Notes under the pieces: model-generated
Told to the model about the DNA's origin: nothing
Seen by the model: the letters and a program-made list of their open reading frames with translations, nothing else
Database searches by the model: none
Made by a program: the position numbers and the translations under genes
DNA from: Ignavibacteriota bacterium
GTDB lineage: Bacteria; Bacteroidota; Ignavibacteria; UBA10030; UBA6906
Direction: 5' to 3'
Assembly: GCA_963837815.1 (NCBI GenBank)
Contig: CAWIOS010000015.1
Location: 2,774-66,773, forward strand
Length of the DNA: 64,000 nucleotides
In this document: one piece after another, positions 8,277 through 18,685 of the stretch
Numbering within the stretch: the stretch's first letter is position 1
Layout: every line of letters starts with the position of its first letter

Positions 8277-9998
8277 TCACAAGGCCCGCGTGAGGCCCAT
8301 CAGCTCACGTGCGCCGACAAGTCCCGCGTCCGTCACTTCCGCCCCGCTCAGAAGCCGGGCGACCTCGCGCACCTGCTCGTCGAGTGAAAGCCGGCGCATC
8401 CCCGTCGTGGTCCGGGCGCCCCGTTCCTTTTTTTCGACGGCGAAATGGGCGTCCGCCAGTCCGGCAATCTGCGGGAGGTGCGTGATGGCGATGACCTGGT
8501 GAAAATTCGAGAGGTTCTTCAGGCTCCTGCCTACCGCCTGGGCCACGCGCCCGCTGACGCCGACGTCGATCTCGTCGAATATCAGGACGGGGAGCCTGTC
8601 CGATTTTGCGAGTATGCTCTTGAGCGCAAGCATGATGCGAGAGACTTCTCCGCCGGAGGCGACCCTGACGAGAGGCTTTTCTTCCTCTCCCAGGTTCGTG
8701 GAAATGTAGAACTCGACGTCGTCGTATCCGCGCCCGTTGAGGCGGACCTTCTTGCGTCCCACACCGACGACATCAGGGTCATCCTCACCGTCGGAAAGCT
8801 CCGTCTGGACGATCCGCGTCGTGAACCGGGCGTGATTGACGCCGAGCTTTCCGAGCTCTTCGACAACGGCGCCGTCCACCTTCTTTGCGACCTCGTGGCG
8901 CTTGGCGGAGAGGCGCCCCGCGATCGTGCCGCACCTGGCGCGGGCCGCGTCGAGCTCCCCGGTGAGCCGCCCGATCACCTCGTTGAAATTCTCCGCAAGG
9001 AGCACTTCCTGCCCGATCTTCTCTCTGTGCGCGATTGTGCTTTCGACGGACCCGCCGTACTTCCGCTTCAGGAGCGCGAGTTTCCCCAGCCTGTCCCGGA
9101 GTGCTTCGAGGCGTTCCGGGTTGAACTCCACCCGGGCGTTGTATCCCTGTATGAACTTGGCGAGCTCGCTCACGACGGCCTCCGCCGAAGCGCATTCCTT
9201 CGCCGCCTCCGCAAACTGTGCGTCGATCCCGGCAATGTCCTGAAGCTGGTTCCGGACGATGACAAGGAGGTCGTGCACGGACTGCTCGCCGTCGTAGAGC
9301 ATGCCGTACAGGTTTCCGGTTATCGCGAAGAGCTTTTCAGCGTTTTCCAGGATCTTCAGCTCCCGCTCCAGATCTTCCTCCTCCCCCGCGCGGGGAGCGA
9401 CCCCGTCGATTTCGGCGATCTGGAATTCATAGAACTCCTTCCTCTCCGCGAGCTGGCGCTCCCTGCGGCCCAGGTCCTCCAGCTCCCCGGCCGTCTCCCG
9501 GAGAATCTTCCGCGCCTCCTGGAACTCCGCGACAATCCCCCCGAGGCCGCCGAAGTCGTCGAGCATGCCGATGTGGGTCTCGACCCTGAGCAGGGATTGG
9601 TGCTCGTGCTGGCCGTGGAGGTCCACGAGAAGCTCTCCCACCTGTTTCTGGAACGCGAGCGTCGCGGGGCTGTCGGCAATGAAGCACCGGCTTTGCCCTT
9701 TGGATGACACCTCGCGCCGGACGATAAGTTCGTCGGCAGGAGCGATCCCCCCCTCTTCAAGGACTTGCTGCAGCCTTTTGTTCCCCGCAATGTGAAATGT
9801 CCCTTCGACGACAGCACGGTCAGCCCCCTTCCGCACGATGTCGGCGCTTGTCCGCTCACCGAGGATGAGCCCCAGGGCGTCGATGATAATCGATTTCCCG
9901 GACCCGGTTTCTCCCGTGATGATGACAAGTCCGCTGGAGAACTCGACGGTGAGCTCCTCGATGAGTGCGTAATTCCGTATGTCCAGACTCTTCAGCAT
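8277..9998 (-). CDS. recN: DNA repair protein RecN
   Basis: N-terminal Walker A GETGSGKSIIIDAL, long coiled-coil middle, C-terminal SGGE signature; 573 aa. Confidence 0.93.
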   Translation of the reverse strand: MLKSLDIRNYALIEELTVEFSSGLVIITGETGSGKSIIIDALGLILGERTSADIVRKGADRAVVEGTFHIAGNKRLQQVLEEGGIAPADELIVRREVSSKGQSRCFIADSPATLAFQKQVGELLVDLHGQHEHQSLLRVETHIGMLDDFGGLGGIVAEFQEARKILRETAGELEDLGRRERQLAERKEFYEFQIAEIDGVAPRAGEEEDLERELKILENAEKLFAITGNLYGMLYDGEQSVHDLLVIVRNQLQDIAGIDAQFAEAAKECASAEAVVSELAKFIQGYNARVEFNPERLEALRDRLGKLALLKRKYGGSVESTIAHREKIGQEVLLAENFNEVIGRLTGELDAARARCGTIAGRLSAKRHEVAKKVDGAVVEELGKLGVNHARFTTRIVQTELSDGEDDPDVVGVGRKKVRLNGRGYDDVEFYISTNLGEEEKPLVRVASGGEVSRIMLALKSILAKSDRLPVLIFDEIDVGVSGRVAQAVGRSLKNLSNFHQVIAITHLPQIAGLADAHFAVEKKERGARTTTGMRRLSLDEQVREVARLLSGAEVTDAGLVGARELMGLTRAL

Positions 9999-10029
9999 GA
10001 AATCAATCTAGACATCTTTTGGATGTTTT

Positions 10030-10809
10030 TCAATTTGCGCCCGGCAGCGGCGGGCCCGGCTCCCCGGTGTTTTCCTCTCCGAAGAATCGGAGATCGGGGA
10101 CGTCGGGGAGGATGCCGTGATAATACGCGTAACGGAGAAATTCCCGGATTCCTTCCTGGACGGTGTCGGGAAAATCGTATGAGAAGAGTCCTCCGGCCGG
10201 GGCAGCGGGCCGGTCGACACGGCCGCCCAGTCCGCCGAGGACCCTCCATTCCTCCTCCGTCAGCCCCTGCTCACGGCTGCACCAGAACCCGTGGACGTAC
10301 GGAAGATCGGTGGCGGCGATCCACTCCTCCACGAGGTCCAGGGCTTCGGGGCGTTCGACGACGCTCACGAGTGCCGCGTCCCCCGCCAGCAGCGCCGCAT
10401 CCGCACGTTCAAGCATGGCCTCCAGGCTCCCGGCCACGAGCATGATACGGGGCTCGATGTCGAACCGTTCGGCAAGGAGTATCTTGGCGAGTATGATGTC
10501 GGACGCGGACGCGGGCTGCACAGCAAGTGTTCTGACGGCCCTTATCCCCTCGCGGAAGTGGATGACGATGGAGTCGTTTCCCTCCTCTGACGACACGGCC
10601 GAGCCGGGGACGATACGATACTCCGACGCGTTCCTGGCATAGTCGATGGGGGAGAGAAGTGCGCCGCTCAGCGTACGCCGTTCCAGACGCTGCGCGAGTG
10701 AAGCGGGAGCGCCGAGGACAACGTCGAACCTCTCCGCGGGGCGGAGTGCATCCCTGAAGGGGCGGCAGGTAACGTCGTCCGGGAGACCGATCAGTTTTCG
10801 GGAAATCAT
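10030..10809 (-). CDS. MqnA/MqnD-family protein (chorismate dehydratase-like, futalosine pathway; VitK2_biosynth/DUF178)
   Basis: After trimming to the internal start MISRKLIGLPDDVTCRPF..., the layout resembles MqnA (...LSGALLSPIDYARNASEYRIVPGSAVSSEEG...SIVIHF). The longer ORF adds an implausible Arg-rich 44-aa leader. Confidence 0.55.
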   Translation of the reverse strand: MISRKLIGLPDDVTCRPFRDALRPAERFDVVLGAPASLAQRLERRTLSGALLSPIDYARNASEYRIVPGSAVSSEEGNDSIVIHFREGIRAVRTLAVQPASASDIILAKILLAERFDIEPRIMLVAGSLEAMLERADAALLAGDAALVSVVERPEALDLVEEWIAATDLPYVHGFWCSREQGLTEEEWRVLGGLGGRVDRPAAPAGGLFSYDFPDTVQEGIREFLRYAYYHGILPDVPDLRFFGEENTGEPGPPLPGAN

Positions 10810-10827
10810 GGCGGGAATATAACAAAT

Positions 10828-10853
10828 CCCCTTCTCCGAAAGAAGAGAAGGGG
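10828..10853 (-). terminator. Putative intrinsic terminator downstream of rplS
   Basis: 9-bp stem CCCCTTCTC / GAGAAGGGG with an 8-nt loop. On the minus strand it is followed by ATTTGTTATATT. It sits 50 nt after the rplS stop and just upstream of the mqnA-like start. Confidence 0.5.
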
Positions 10854-10903
10854 GGCCGATCATGACCGGCGGGGTGTTCTTCCTGTGGCGGTGCGAAACC
10901 CCG

Positions 10904-11245
10904 TCACGCGTTAGTTTTCTGCCTGATGGCTTTGCTCGCAAGATCGCGCAGGTAATAGAGCTTCGCGCGGCGGACCGCTCCCTCTTTTACCTTTTCGATC
11001 TTCGCGATCCGGGGGGAGTGAAGCGGGAATATGCGCTCCACACCAACACCGTCGGAGACCTTGCGGACTGTGAACGTGGCGTTCATGCCGGATCCGTGGC
11101 GGCCTATGACAACACCCTGGAACTGCTGAATCCGTTCCTTGTCCCCTTCAACGACCCGGACGTGAACGTTGACGGTGTCCCCGGGGGAAAAAGGGGGGAT
11201 GCCGGTCTTCATCTGGGTCGCCTCGACGAGCTTCAGTTTCTCCAT
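10904..11245 (-). CDS. rplS: 50S ribosomal protein L19
   Basis: [47 protein letters not shown]... matches the L19 N-terminus. Trimmed to this internal ATG, which has a GGAGAA RBS; the longer ORF adds non-homologous residues. Confidence 0.9.
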   Translation of the reverse strand: MEKLKLVEATQMKTGIPPFSPGDTVNVHVRVVEGDKERIQQFQGVVIGRHGSGMNATFTVRKVSDGVGVERIFPLHSPRIAKIEKVKEGAVRRAKLYYLRDLASKAIRQKTNA

Positions 11246-11268
11246 ACCATTCTCCAGTACGCTGACGT

Positions 11269-11955
11269 TTATGATTGTTCCATCAAATCTGTGCGCCGCT
11301 CCTCGGTGCGGCTGCGGCGCTGCGCCATGCGCCACGCTGCGATCTCCTCGTGGTTCCCCGAGAGAAGGACTTCGGGAACGCGCATCCCCCGAAATTCCGG
11401 CGGCCGCGTGAAGGAGGGCGCGTCAAGAAGCCCGTCCTGAAACGAATCCGTGAGCATCGATTCCCCGTCGTGAAGAACCCCGGGGATCAGGCGAACGATT
11501 GCGTCGATAAGAACGAGCGCCGGGAGCTCTCCCCCGGTGAGGACGTAATCACCGATTGATATCTCTTTCGTGACGAGCTTCTGACGGATCCGCTCGTCGA
11601 TCCCCTTGTAGTGCCCGCACAGGAGGATGAGGGAGTCCTTCATCGAGAGTCCGTTTGCCGACTGCTGCGAGAATCGCTCTCCGTCGGCGCTCAGGTAAAT
11701 GATCTCGTCGTACCGGCGATCTTTCATGAGGGTTTCGATGGCCGCAAAGACCGGCTCCGCCTTCAGGATCATTCCCGCGCCGCCTCCGTAGGGAGCGTCG
11801 TCGATCGTCCTGTGCCTGTCCGTCGCGTAGTCGCGGAGATCATGGACGATGATTTGGACGAGCCCCTTCTCCCGCGCCCTGCGGAGTATGCTCTCCTCCA
11901 GCGGGCCTGCAATGAGACCGGGAAACCCCGTCACGACGTCGATGCGCATTGTCAC
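11269..11955 (-). CDS. trmD: tRNA (guanine37-N1)-methyltransferase
   Basis: [12 protein letters not shown]...[13 protein letters not shown]...[23 protein letters not shown], the classic TrmD knot motifs. Confidence 0.95.
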   Translation of the reverse strand: MTMRIDVVTGFPGLIAGPLEESILRRAREKGLVQIIVHDLRDYATDRHRTIDDAPYGGGAGMILKAEPVFAAIETLMKDRRYDEIIYLSADGERFSQQSANGLSMKDSLILLCGHYKGIDERIRQKLVTKEISIGDYVLTGGELPALVLIDAIVRLIPGVLHDGESMLTDSFQDGLLDAPSFTRPPEFRGMRVPEVLLSGNHEEIAAWRMAQRRSRTEERRTDLMEQS

Positions 11956-11967
11956 TCGTCCATCCCT

Positions 11968-12510
11968 TCATCCTTCCCCCCCGGGCGTCCCTGAGATCAT
12001 CCCTTCGATGAGGCGAACCGTCATTGTTCGCGTTTCAAGGTCCACCGATCGCACGAACTCTTTCACGGCGGGGATGAGAATCTCTCCCCTTCTCCCCCGG
12101 ATGACGTAGACGTCGCTTGCAGGATATCGCAGGACGTCGGCAACCGTCCCGAGTTCGGTCCCGTCCTCCCCGCGCACCTCAAGCCCCAGAATATCGTGGA
12201 CGAAATACTGTCCCCGGGAAAGCCTGGCCCGGTGCGCTTCATCGACGAAAAGAAGCTTCCCCCTGATCTTCTCGGCCGCGTTCCGGTCGTCAACCCCCTT
12301 CAGCTTCAATCGGACGCCGCGCGGAGAAACGTCGGCCTTCTCAACGGCGGCCTCTGAGGCGGAAACGTTGTCAGATCCGATCCAGAGGACCCGGAGTGTT
12401 CGGAACCTCGCCGGAAAGTCCGTCATGGGCTGAACGACGACCTCTCCCGCTATCCCTATTGCCTTTACTATTGTGCCGACCGCAAACAACTGGTCAGGGG
12501 TGGTACTCAC
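11968..12510 (-). CDS. rimM: 16S rRNA processing protein RimM
   Basis: RimM N-terminal beta-barrel and PRC-barrel layout; conserved position between trmD and the KH gene/rpsP. Confidence 0.9.
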   Translation of the reverse strand: MSTTPDQLFAVGTIVKAIGIAGEVVVQPMTDFPARFRTLRVLWIGSDNVSASEAAVEKADVSPRGVRLKLKGVDDRNAAEKIRGKLLFVDEAHRARLSRGQYFVHDILGLEVRGEDGTELGTVADVLRYPASDVYVIRGRRGEILIPAVKEFVRSVDLETRTMTVRLIEGMISGTPGGEG

Positions 12511-12737
12511 TCAGCGATTTCCAATATGACCCGTTTCCCCTCACGCGCGGCAACGGCTGCCAGGAGGATGCGCATTGCCTGCGCGGTTCTTCCTTTTCTT
12601 CCGATCACCTTTCCGACGTCCTGCTCGGCAACATGGAGCGTGAAAATGATCTTGTCCTCGCGTACCTGGTCGTCGAGGACCACCTGCTCCGGGTGATCCA
12701 CGAGATGCCTTGCGATGAATTCAAGATACTCCTTCAT
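12507..12737 (-). CDS. KH-domain RNA-binding protein (UPF0109/YlqC-like)
   Basis: 76 aa with the VIGRKGRTAQAMRILL KH GxxG signature; canonical position between rpsP and rimM. Confidence 0.85.
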   Translation of the reverse strand: MKEYLEFIARHLVDHPEQVVLDDQVREDKIIFTLHVAEQDVGKVIGRKGRTAQAMRILLAAVAAREGKRVILEIAE

Positions 12738-12857
12738 TCTGCACCTCCTCCGCGAACGGTTGCCGCCGGCTGCCGTACGGCAGTCGCGCGGCGTTGTTCT
12801 GCTCTTCCCCTCGAATGAAAGGCCTGAGACCGGAAAAGAACGTCTGATGCGCCTGGT

Positions 12858-13325
12858 TTACGCCTGTGCGGGAGCGTCCCCGGAAGGAGCGGGGGCCGGC
12901 GCGGGAGCCGCAGGAACCGCCGCACCTTCCCCCTCCGTCTTCTTCACTTTCTTCCGCGCCGCATGCCTGCGCGCACGGCGTTCTTCGTCATGGCGACGCT
13001 TCTCGGCCTGCGCCATCTGGAATTTCTCGACCTCGGAGGCGATTTTCGCTTCGTCCGCACCCTGCTTTGTCATCGTCCACTTGACCCAGAGGCCGTTCCG
13101 CTGGAAGAGGCTCCGCACGGTATCCGTGGGGAGCGCACCGTTCTTCAGCCAATGGAAGACCCGGGGCTCGTTCGTCGTAATGATCATCGGGTCCTGCCGC
13201 GGCTCGTACCGGCCGATGACCTCGAGGAACTTTCCGTTCCGCGCCGCGCGGGAATCCGCCGCGACGATCTGGTACATCGGCATTTTTTTCTTTCCGATCC
13301 GGCGTAACCTTAGACGTACTGCCAC
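12858..13325 (-). CDS. rpsP: 30S ribosomal protein S16 with a Lys/Arg- and Ala/Pro-rich C-terminal extension
   Basis: MAVRLRLRRIGKKKMPMYQIVAADSRAARNGKFLEVIGRYEP... is S16. The tail ...RRHAARKKVKK...APAPAPAPSG is an extension. Confidence 0.9.
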   Translation of the reverse strand: MAVRLRLRRIGKKKMPMYQIVAADSRAARNGKFLEVIGRYEPRQDPMIITTNEPRVFHWLKNGALPTDTVRSLFQRNGLWVKWTMTKQGADEAKIASEVEKFQMAQAEKRRHDEERRARRHAARKKVKKTEGEGAAVPAAPAPAPAPSGDAPAQA

Positions 13326-13367
13326 TGATTCTCTCCTTCTGTGGACATGTGTGAAATGGTTTCGCGA

Positions 13368-14699
13368 TTACATTCCCGCGGGGAGCCCCATCCCTCTCAG
13401 CGCCCTTCCTCCACCCTTTCCCAGCGTCTTCATCATCTTCTGCATCTGTTCGTACTGTTTCATGAGCCGGTTGACGTCCTGCACGCTCGTGCCGCTTCCG
13501 GATGCGATCCGCTTCCGGCGGCTGCCGTTGATTATCGCCGGCTTCTGCCGTTCCTCCCGGGTCATGGAGTGGATTATCGCTTCGATCCTGCCGAGTGCCG
13601 AGTCGTCAACCGTCGCTCCCGCTGGGAGCCGGTTCATGCCGGGAAGCATCCGCAGCACGTGGCTGAGCGGACCCATTTTTTTCACCTCCTGGAGCTGCTC
13701 CAGGAAGTCTTCGAGCGTGAACTGCGATTTGCGCAGCCGCGCCTCGAGCTTTGCCGCCTTCTCATGATCGAACTGCTGCTGTGCCTTCTCCACGAGCGTG
13801 ACAACGTCCCCCATCCCGAGTATCCGGGATGCCAGCCGGTCGGGATGGAACTTCTCAAGGGCGTCGAGCTTCTCGCCGGTGGAGATGAACTTGATCGGCT
13901 TCCCGACCGTGGCGCGCAACGAAATCGCGGCGCCGCCGCGCGCGTCGCCGTCCATTTTCGTCAGGACCGCGCCGTCGAAATCGAGCCGTTCATTGAACGC
14001 GCGAGCCGTGTTCACGGCATCCTGCCCCGTCATCGCGTCGACGACGAACAGGATCTCGTGGGGCGTCACGGCCCCCTTGATCGCCTCCACCTCGTTCATC
14101 ATCTGTTCATCGACGTGCAGGCGCCCCGCCGTATCGATGATGACGACGTCCCGCGCGCTCTTCCGGGCGTGCTCGACGGACGCCCCGGCAATCGCCACGG
14201 GAGATTCCCCCCCCGCGGCCCGATACACGGGAATGCCGATCTGCGATCCGAGCATGACGAGCTGATCGACGGCTGCGGGACGGTAGATGTCCGCCGCGGC
14301 CAGAAGCGGGTAGCGTCCCTGCTCTTTCAGGTAACGCGCAAGCTTCGCACAGAATGTCGTTTTCCCCGAGCCCTGAAGGCCGGCAACAAGGACTACGGTC
14401 GGAGGCAGGGCGGCCTGCGCGATTTCAGACGTCGACGCGCCGAGAAGGGCGATCAGCTCCTCGTGGATGATCCTGACAATGAGCTGACCGGGCGTGATGC
14501 TCTGAAGCACCTCCTGCCCGAGGGCCTTCACCCTGACGTCGTCAATGAACTGCCGTGCAACTTTGAAGTTGACGTCCGCATCCAGTAGAACACGGCGGAC
14601 TTCTCTGAGTGTTTCCGCAATGTTTGCTTCGGAGATTTTTCCCTGTCCGCGGAGCTTTTTCAGCACCCCTTCAAGCTTGCGGCTCAGCTCGTCAAACAT
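13368..14699 (-). CDS. ffh: Signal recognition particle protein Ffh
   Basis: Trimmed to MFDELSRKLEGVLKKLRGQGKISEANI... (canonical Ffh N-terminus). GTPase motif GLQGSGKTT, DTAGR, and a Met-rich M-domain (MKKMGPLSHVLRMLPGM). The longer ORF adds 61 non-homologous residues. Confidence 0.95.
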   Translation of the reverse strand: MFDELSRKLEGVLKKLRGQGKISEANIAETLREVRRVLLDADVNFKVARQFIDDVRVKALGQEVLQSITPGQLIVRIIHEELIALLGASTSEIAQAALPPTVVLVAGLQGSGKTTFCAKLARYLKEQGRYPLLAAADIYRPAAVDQLVMLGSQIGIPVYRAAGGESPVAIAGASVEHARKSARDVVIIDTAGRLHVDEQMMNEVEAIKGAVTPHEILFVVDAMTGQDAVNTARAFNERLDFDGAVLTKMDGDARGGAAISLRATVGKPIKFISTGEKLDALEKFHPDRLASRILGMGDVVTLVEKAQQQFDHEKAAKLEARLRKSQFTLEDFLEQLQEVKKMGPLSHVLRMLPGMNRLPAGATVDDSALGRIEAIIHSMTREERQKPAIINGSRRKRIASGSGTSVQDVNRLMKQYEQMQKMMKTLGKGGGRALRGMGLPAGM

Positions 14700-14883
14700 C
14701 GCTAACTCCGTCCATTGGCAGGGCTTAGAGACTCCGTCAAAACAACGGCGGATTAACAAGGTACGGAATGCGCCCCTGGGATGCAAGGAACGAATTGCAG
14801 ACGGCCAATCAGGCGAATGTTCGCCTACGTGATATCCCCCGGCGGAATCCCCGCGCAGATTCCGGGTGTCTCCCGGTGACATG

Positions 14884-14918
14884 AAAAAGGGGCCGCCGGA
14901 ATGAGGTTCCGGCGGCCC
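14884..14918 (-). terminator. Rho-independent terminator of the atp operon
   Basis: Perfect 12-bp stem GGGCCGCCGGAA / TTCCGGCGGCCC with a 5-nt loop. On the minus strand it is followed by TTTTT. It sits 27 nt after the atpG stop. Confidence 0.75.
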
Positions 14919-14944
14919 AGGCTGCGAACTCTTGGGTCAGGTCC

Positions 14945-15814
14945 TCAGGCGCTTCTGAGCGCCTCCGCCCCGGAGACCACTTCAAGGAGCTCCTTTGTGA
15001 TCGCGCCCTGCCGGGCCTTGTTGTACTGAAGCTGGAGCGTCGCGATCATCTCCCGGGCGTTTTCAGTGGCGTTTTCCATTGCTGCCATCCGCGCCCCCTC
15101 TTCGGCCGTCGTCGATTCCAGGAGCACCCGCCAGATCTGAAAATTGAGGTGCCGGGGGAGTATTGAAAGGAGTATTCCGGCGCGGTCAGGCTCATAAATG
15201 AAATCCACCGGCCTTTTCGGCGGCGACGACGGCGGGGGAGGCGGGATCGGGATGCACTGTTCGACGGTTATGCGCTGCTGGGCGATCGATTTGAATTCGT
15301 TGTAGACGATATCGACCCGGTCGAATTCCCCCTTCAGGTACCGGGTGATGAGGTCCCCGGCAAACGACTGGGCCCACGAAAACGAGAGGCTGCCGTATAC
15401 CCCGACGTGCCGGGCGGTGACGTTGTATCCCCTCTTCGTGAAGTAGTCAACCCCTTTCTTGCCGACACACACGAGACTGACGTGGACGCCGGGAGGCTGG
15501 GCGTCGAAATGCGCCTGGACGGCCCGGAAGATGTTCGCGTTGAACGCGCCGCAGAATCCGCGGTCTGATGTGACGACGACGACGGCGAGGTTTTTCACGT
15601 CACGCGGCGCGATCAGGTCCGCACCCATCAGCCCCGGCACCTGCGCAATGTCACCCAGGAGCTCCTTCATCTTCCGCGCGTAGGGGCGGGCCGCGACGAC
15701 ACGGGTCTGGGCGCGCCGGAGCTTCGCGGCGGCGACCATCTTCATCGCACGCGTGATCTTCTGTGTCTTTTGAACGCCGCCTATGCGGCTCCGGACTTCC
15801 CGCAGCGTCGGCAT
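14945..15814 (-). CDS. atpG: F0F1 ATP synthase subunit gamma
   Basis: MPTLREVRSRIGGVQKTQKITRAMKMVAAAKLRRAQ... canonical gamma N-terminus; C-terminal ...ITKELLEVVSGAEAL. Confidence 0.95.
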   Translation of the reverse strand: MPTLREVRSRIGGVQKTQKITRAMKMVAAAKLRRAQTRVVAARPYARKMKELLGDIAQVPGLMGADLIAPRDVKNLAVVVVTSDRGFCGAFNANIFRAVQAHFDAQPPGVHVSLVCVGKKGVDYFTKRGYNVTARHVGVYGSLSFSWAQSFAGDLITRYLKGEFDRVDIVYNEFKSIAQQRITVEQCIPIPPPPPSSPPKRPVDFIYEPDRAGILLSILPRHLNFQIWRVLLESTTAEEGARMAAMENATENAREMIATLQLQYNKARQGAITKELLEVVSGAEALRSA

Positions 15815-15815
15815 A

Positions 15816-17372
15816 TCAGGCCTTTATCGTCGCCTTGAACGAATCGGTGAACGGGCGGAGGACGCCGTTCAGCCGGTTCGTGATCTCCGCGGTCAGGTCC
15901 TTCGTCTCCGCGATCGCACTGAGGAGGTCCGCGTGCTTCAGGTCCGTCACCTCCAGGAGCTCCCGTTCGAAGCGCGCAACGTGCTCGAGGGGAATCTCGT
16001 CAAGGAACCCGTTCGTGCCGGCAAAGAGGGAGACAACCTCCTTTTCGACGGGCATCGGGACGAACTGTCCCTGCTTCAGGAGCTCGACAAGGCGCGACCC
16101 GCGGCGGAGCTGGGCGAGCGTGGACTTGTCGAGGTCGGACCCGAATTTGGCGAACGCCTCGAGCTCCCTGTACTGCGCGAGCTCGATGCGGAGCCTCCCC
16201 GCAACTTTCTTCATCGCCTTGATCTGAGCGTTCCCGCCGACGCGGGAGACCGAGATGCCGACGTTGATCGCAGGGCGGATGCCGGAGTTGAACATGCCGG
16301 GTTCAAGATAGATCTGCCCGTCGGTGATCGATATGACGTTCGTCGGGATATAGGCGGACACGTCCCCCGCCTGCGTCTCGATCACGGGGAGCGCAGTGAG
16401 GCTTCCCCCCCCGAGATCCTCGCTGAGCTTTGACGCACGCTCCAGGAGACGCGAGTGAAGGTAGAAGACGTCACCGGGGTACGCTTCCCTTCCCGGGGGG
16501 CGCCGCAGGAGAAGGGAGACCTGCCTGTAGGCCTGCGCCTGCTTTGTCAGATCGTCGTAGACGACGAGCGCGTGGCGGCCGCTGTCGCGGAAGAATTCAC
16601 CGAGCGTTGCGCCCGAATACGGGGCTATGAACTGCATCGGGGCCGGGTCGGTGGCGGTGGCGGCGATGATCGTCGTGTAGTCCATGGCCCCTTCCTGCTG
16701 GAGCTTGTCCACGACCTGCGCGACCGTGGAGCTCTTCTGACCGACCGCAACATAGATGCAGTAGACCGGCTTGACCCCTTCGTGTTTTGCCTTTTCGGTG
16801 TGCGTGTATTTCTGATTGATTATCGTGTCGAGCGCGATCGCTGTTTTTCCCGTCTGGCGGTCGCCGATGATGAGCTCGCGCTGGCCGCGCCCGATGGGGA
16901 TCATCCCGTCGACGGCCTTCAGCCCCGTCTGGAGCGGCTCCTTCACCGGCTGCCGCTGGATGACGCCGAGGGCTTTCCGTTCGATCGGAGAGAGCTTTTC
17001 CGTCTTGACAGGTCCCCGGCCGTCAATGGGTTGACCGAGCGGGTTCACGACCCGGCCGAGCATTCCCTCGCCGACGGGCATGGAGGCGACGCGACCGGTC
17101 CGCTTGACCGTGTCTCCTTCACTGATTTCCCTGCTCTCGCCGAAGAGCATACAGCCGACGTTGTCCTCTTCAAGGTTCAACACCATGCCGAATATGCCGT
17201 GCGGAAACTCCACGAGCTCGCTCATCATCGCATGAGAGAGTCCGTAGACCCGGGCGACACCGTCGCCGATCTGGAGCACCGTGCCCACGTCGTAGATGTC
17301 GACTTCCTTCTGGAAACCGGCGAGCTGCTTTCTGAGAATCTCAGAGACTTCGTCTGGTCTGACGTCTGCCAT
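15816..17372 (-). CDS. atpA: F0F1 ATP synthase subunit alpha
   Basis: Walker [10 protein letters not shown]; 518 aa; alpha-specific C-terminal region. Confidence 0.97.
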   Translation of the reverse strand: MADVRPDEVSEILRKQLAGFQKEVDIYDVGTVLQIGDGVARVYGLSHAMMSELVEFPHGIFGMVLNLEEDNVGCMLFGESREISEGDTVKRTGRVASMPVGEGMLGRVVNPLGQPIDGRGPVKTEKLSPIERKALGVIQRQPVKEPLQTGLKAVDGMIPIGRGQRELIIGDRQTGKTAIALDTIINQKYTHTEKAKHEGVKPVYCIYVAVGQKSSTVAQVVDKLQQEGAMDYTTIIAATATDPAPMQFIAPYSGATLGEFFRDSGRHALVVYDDLTKQAQAYRQVSLLLRRPPGREAYPGDVFYLHSRLLERASKLSEDLGGGSLTALPVIETQAGDVSAYIPTNVISITDGQIYLEPGMFNSGIRPAINVGISVSRVGGNAQIKAMKKVAGRLRIELAQYRELEAFAKFGSDLDKSTLAQLRRGSRLVELLKQGQFVPMPVEKEVVSLFAGTNGFLDEIPLEHVARFERELLEVTDLKHADLLSAIAETKDLTAEITNRLNGVLRPFTDSFKATIKA

Positions 17373-17391
17373 TGCTCAATCCTTTTTCAGT

Positions 17392-17946
17392 TCAATTTGT
17401 GGAGGGGCCGCCTTCGAGGAACCTGGCTTTCAGGAGCTCGAGCTGCCGGCGCATGCTCGCATCGAGGACCGTGTCGCCGATCCGGATAATGAGCCCGGCC
17501 TTGATGGCGCTGTCCACGTTGATCCGGATCCGGACCTTCTTCTTTGTGTACCGCTCAAGCTCGTTGGAGAGGTCCGCGTTCTGGGAGGGGGTGAATTCCA
17601 CGGCGGATGTCACGTCTACGTTGACAATGCCCATCTTCTCATCCCGGAGGAGGGAGAATTGTTCGATGATCTCCTCGAGATGCGCTTCGCGCTGCTTGGC
17701 GACGACGAGGTCGATGAAATCCATCGTCCCCTTGCCGATCCGGGGTCCGAACACCGCCCTGAAGACCGCCGCCTTCTTTGCCGGGGAGACCACAGGGCTG
17801 AGCGCGAGGAGGCGGAGCTCGCGGGATTCCCGGAGAATGGACCGGACAATCTCGAGATCGGCTGCCGCGGAGTCGATGGATTTCGTTTCTTCCGAGGCTT
17901 CCATGAGAGCGCCGGCATACCGGCGCGCCACGCGCATGTTTTTCAT
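17392..17946 (-). CDS. atpH: F0F1 ATP synthase subunit delta
   Basis: OSCP/delta family layout (RYAGALMEAS...); sits between atpF and atpA. Confidence 0.88.
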   Translation of the reverse strand: MKNMRVARRYAGALMEASEETKSIDSAAADLEIVRSILRESRELRLLALSPVVSPAKKAAVFRAVFGPRIGKGTMDFIDLVVAKQREAHLEEIIEQFSLLRDEKMGIVNVDVTSAVEFTPSQNADLSNELERYTKKKVRIRINVDSAIKAGLIIRIGDTVLDASMRRQLELLKARFLEGGPSTN

Positions 17947-18437
17947 CGTCCGGACGCTCCCGCGATCTCCCGTATCGCCGCGTCCGCGAGCTGTCGCTGC
18001 TTCGGCGTATCCAGGTTCGCGTCGAGGATCTTTCCCGCAGCCGCGATCACAAGCTCTCCCGCCTCGCTGCGGAGCTGCACGAGGGCCGCGTCTTTCTCCC
18101 TCCGGATCTCTTCCTTCGCCTGTTCGATCATGTGCCGCGACGTGGCGTTCGCTCTTTCGAGAAGTTCCACCTTGAGCCGTTCCCCCATGTCGCGCCCTTC
18201 CCTGATGATGCGCTGGGACTGCTCCTCAGCCATGGCGAGCTGCCGCCGGTTCTCCTCAAGCAGCTTCGCCGCCTCCCCGCGCGCGTCCGCCGCTTCCCGC
18301 AGCGATGCGCGTATCGATTCCTCCCGGGCGGCGAGGGCGGCAAGGAGAGGTTTCCACGCCGCTGATTTGAGGATGACAAGGACGATGACGAACGTCAGAA
18401 TCGTCCAGAGTATAAGACCCGAATTGATCTCCAGCAT
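17943..18437 (-). CDS. atpF: F0F1 ATP synthase subunit b
   Basis: Single N-terminal TM (LILWTILTFVIVLVIL) followed by a long charged helix. Confidence 0.88.
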   Translation of the reverse strand: MLEINSGLILWTILTFVIVLVILKSAAWKPLLAALAAREESIRASLREAADARGEAAKLLEENRRQLAMAEEQSQRIIREGRDMGERLKVELLERANATSRHMIEQAKEEIRREKDAALVQLRSEAGELVIAAAGKILDANLDTPKQRQLADAAIREIAGASGR

Positions 18438-18457
18438 GCCTGCCTCTTTCGGAAATA

Positions 18458-18685
18458 TTACTTGAACGCCAGGATAATGCAGATGGCAAGGGCGAAGAAC
18501 GTGGCGCCTTCAATGAGCGCGGCCGCGATGATCATTGACGTGCGCACCTGTCCTGCGACCTCAGGCTGGCGGCCGCTTGCTTCCATCGCCGCCGCCGCGA
18601 GCTTGCCGATTCCGAGCCCCGCGCCGATAACCGTTACCGCCGCGCCGATGCCAGCTGCCAGGTAGCCGAGTGCTTTGGGATCCAT
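18458..18685 (-). CDS. atpE: F0F1 ATP synthase subunit c
   Basis: 75-aa proteolipid hairpin with the conserved carboxylate helix ...MIIAAALIEGATFFAL. Confidence 0.95.
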   Translation of the reverse strand: MDPKALGYLAAGIGAAVTVIGAGLGIGKLAAAAMEASGRQPEVAGQVRTSMIIAAALIEGATFFALAICIILAFK

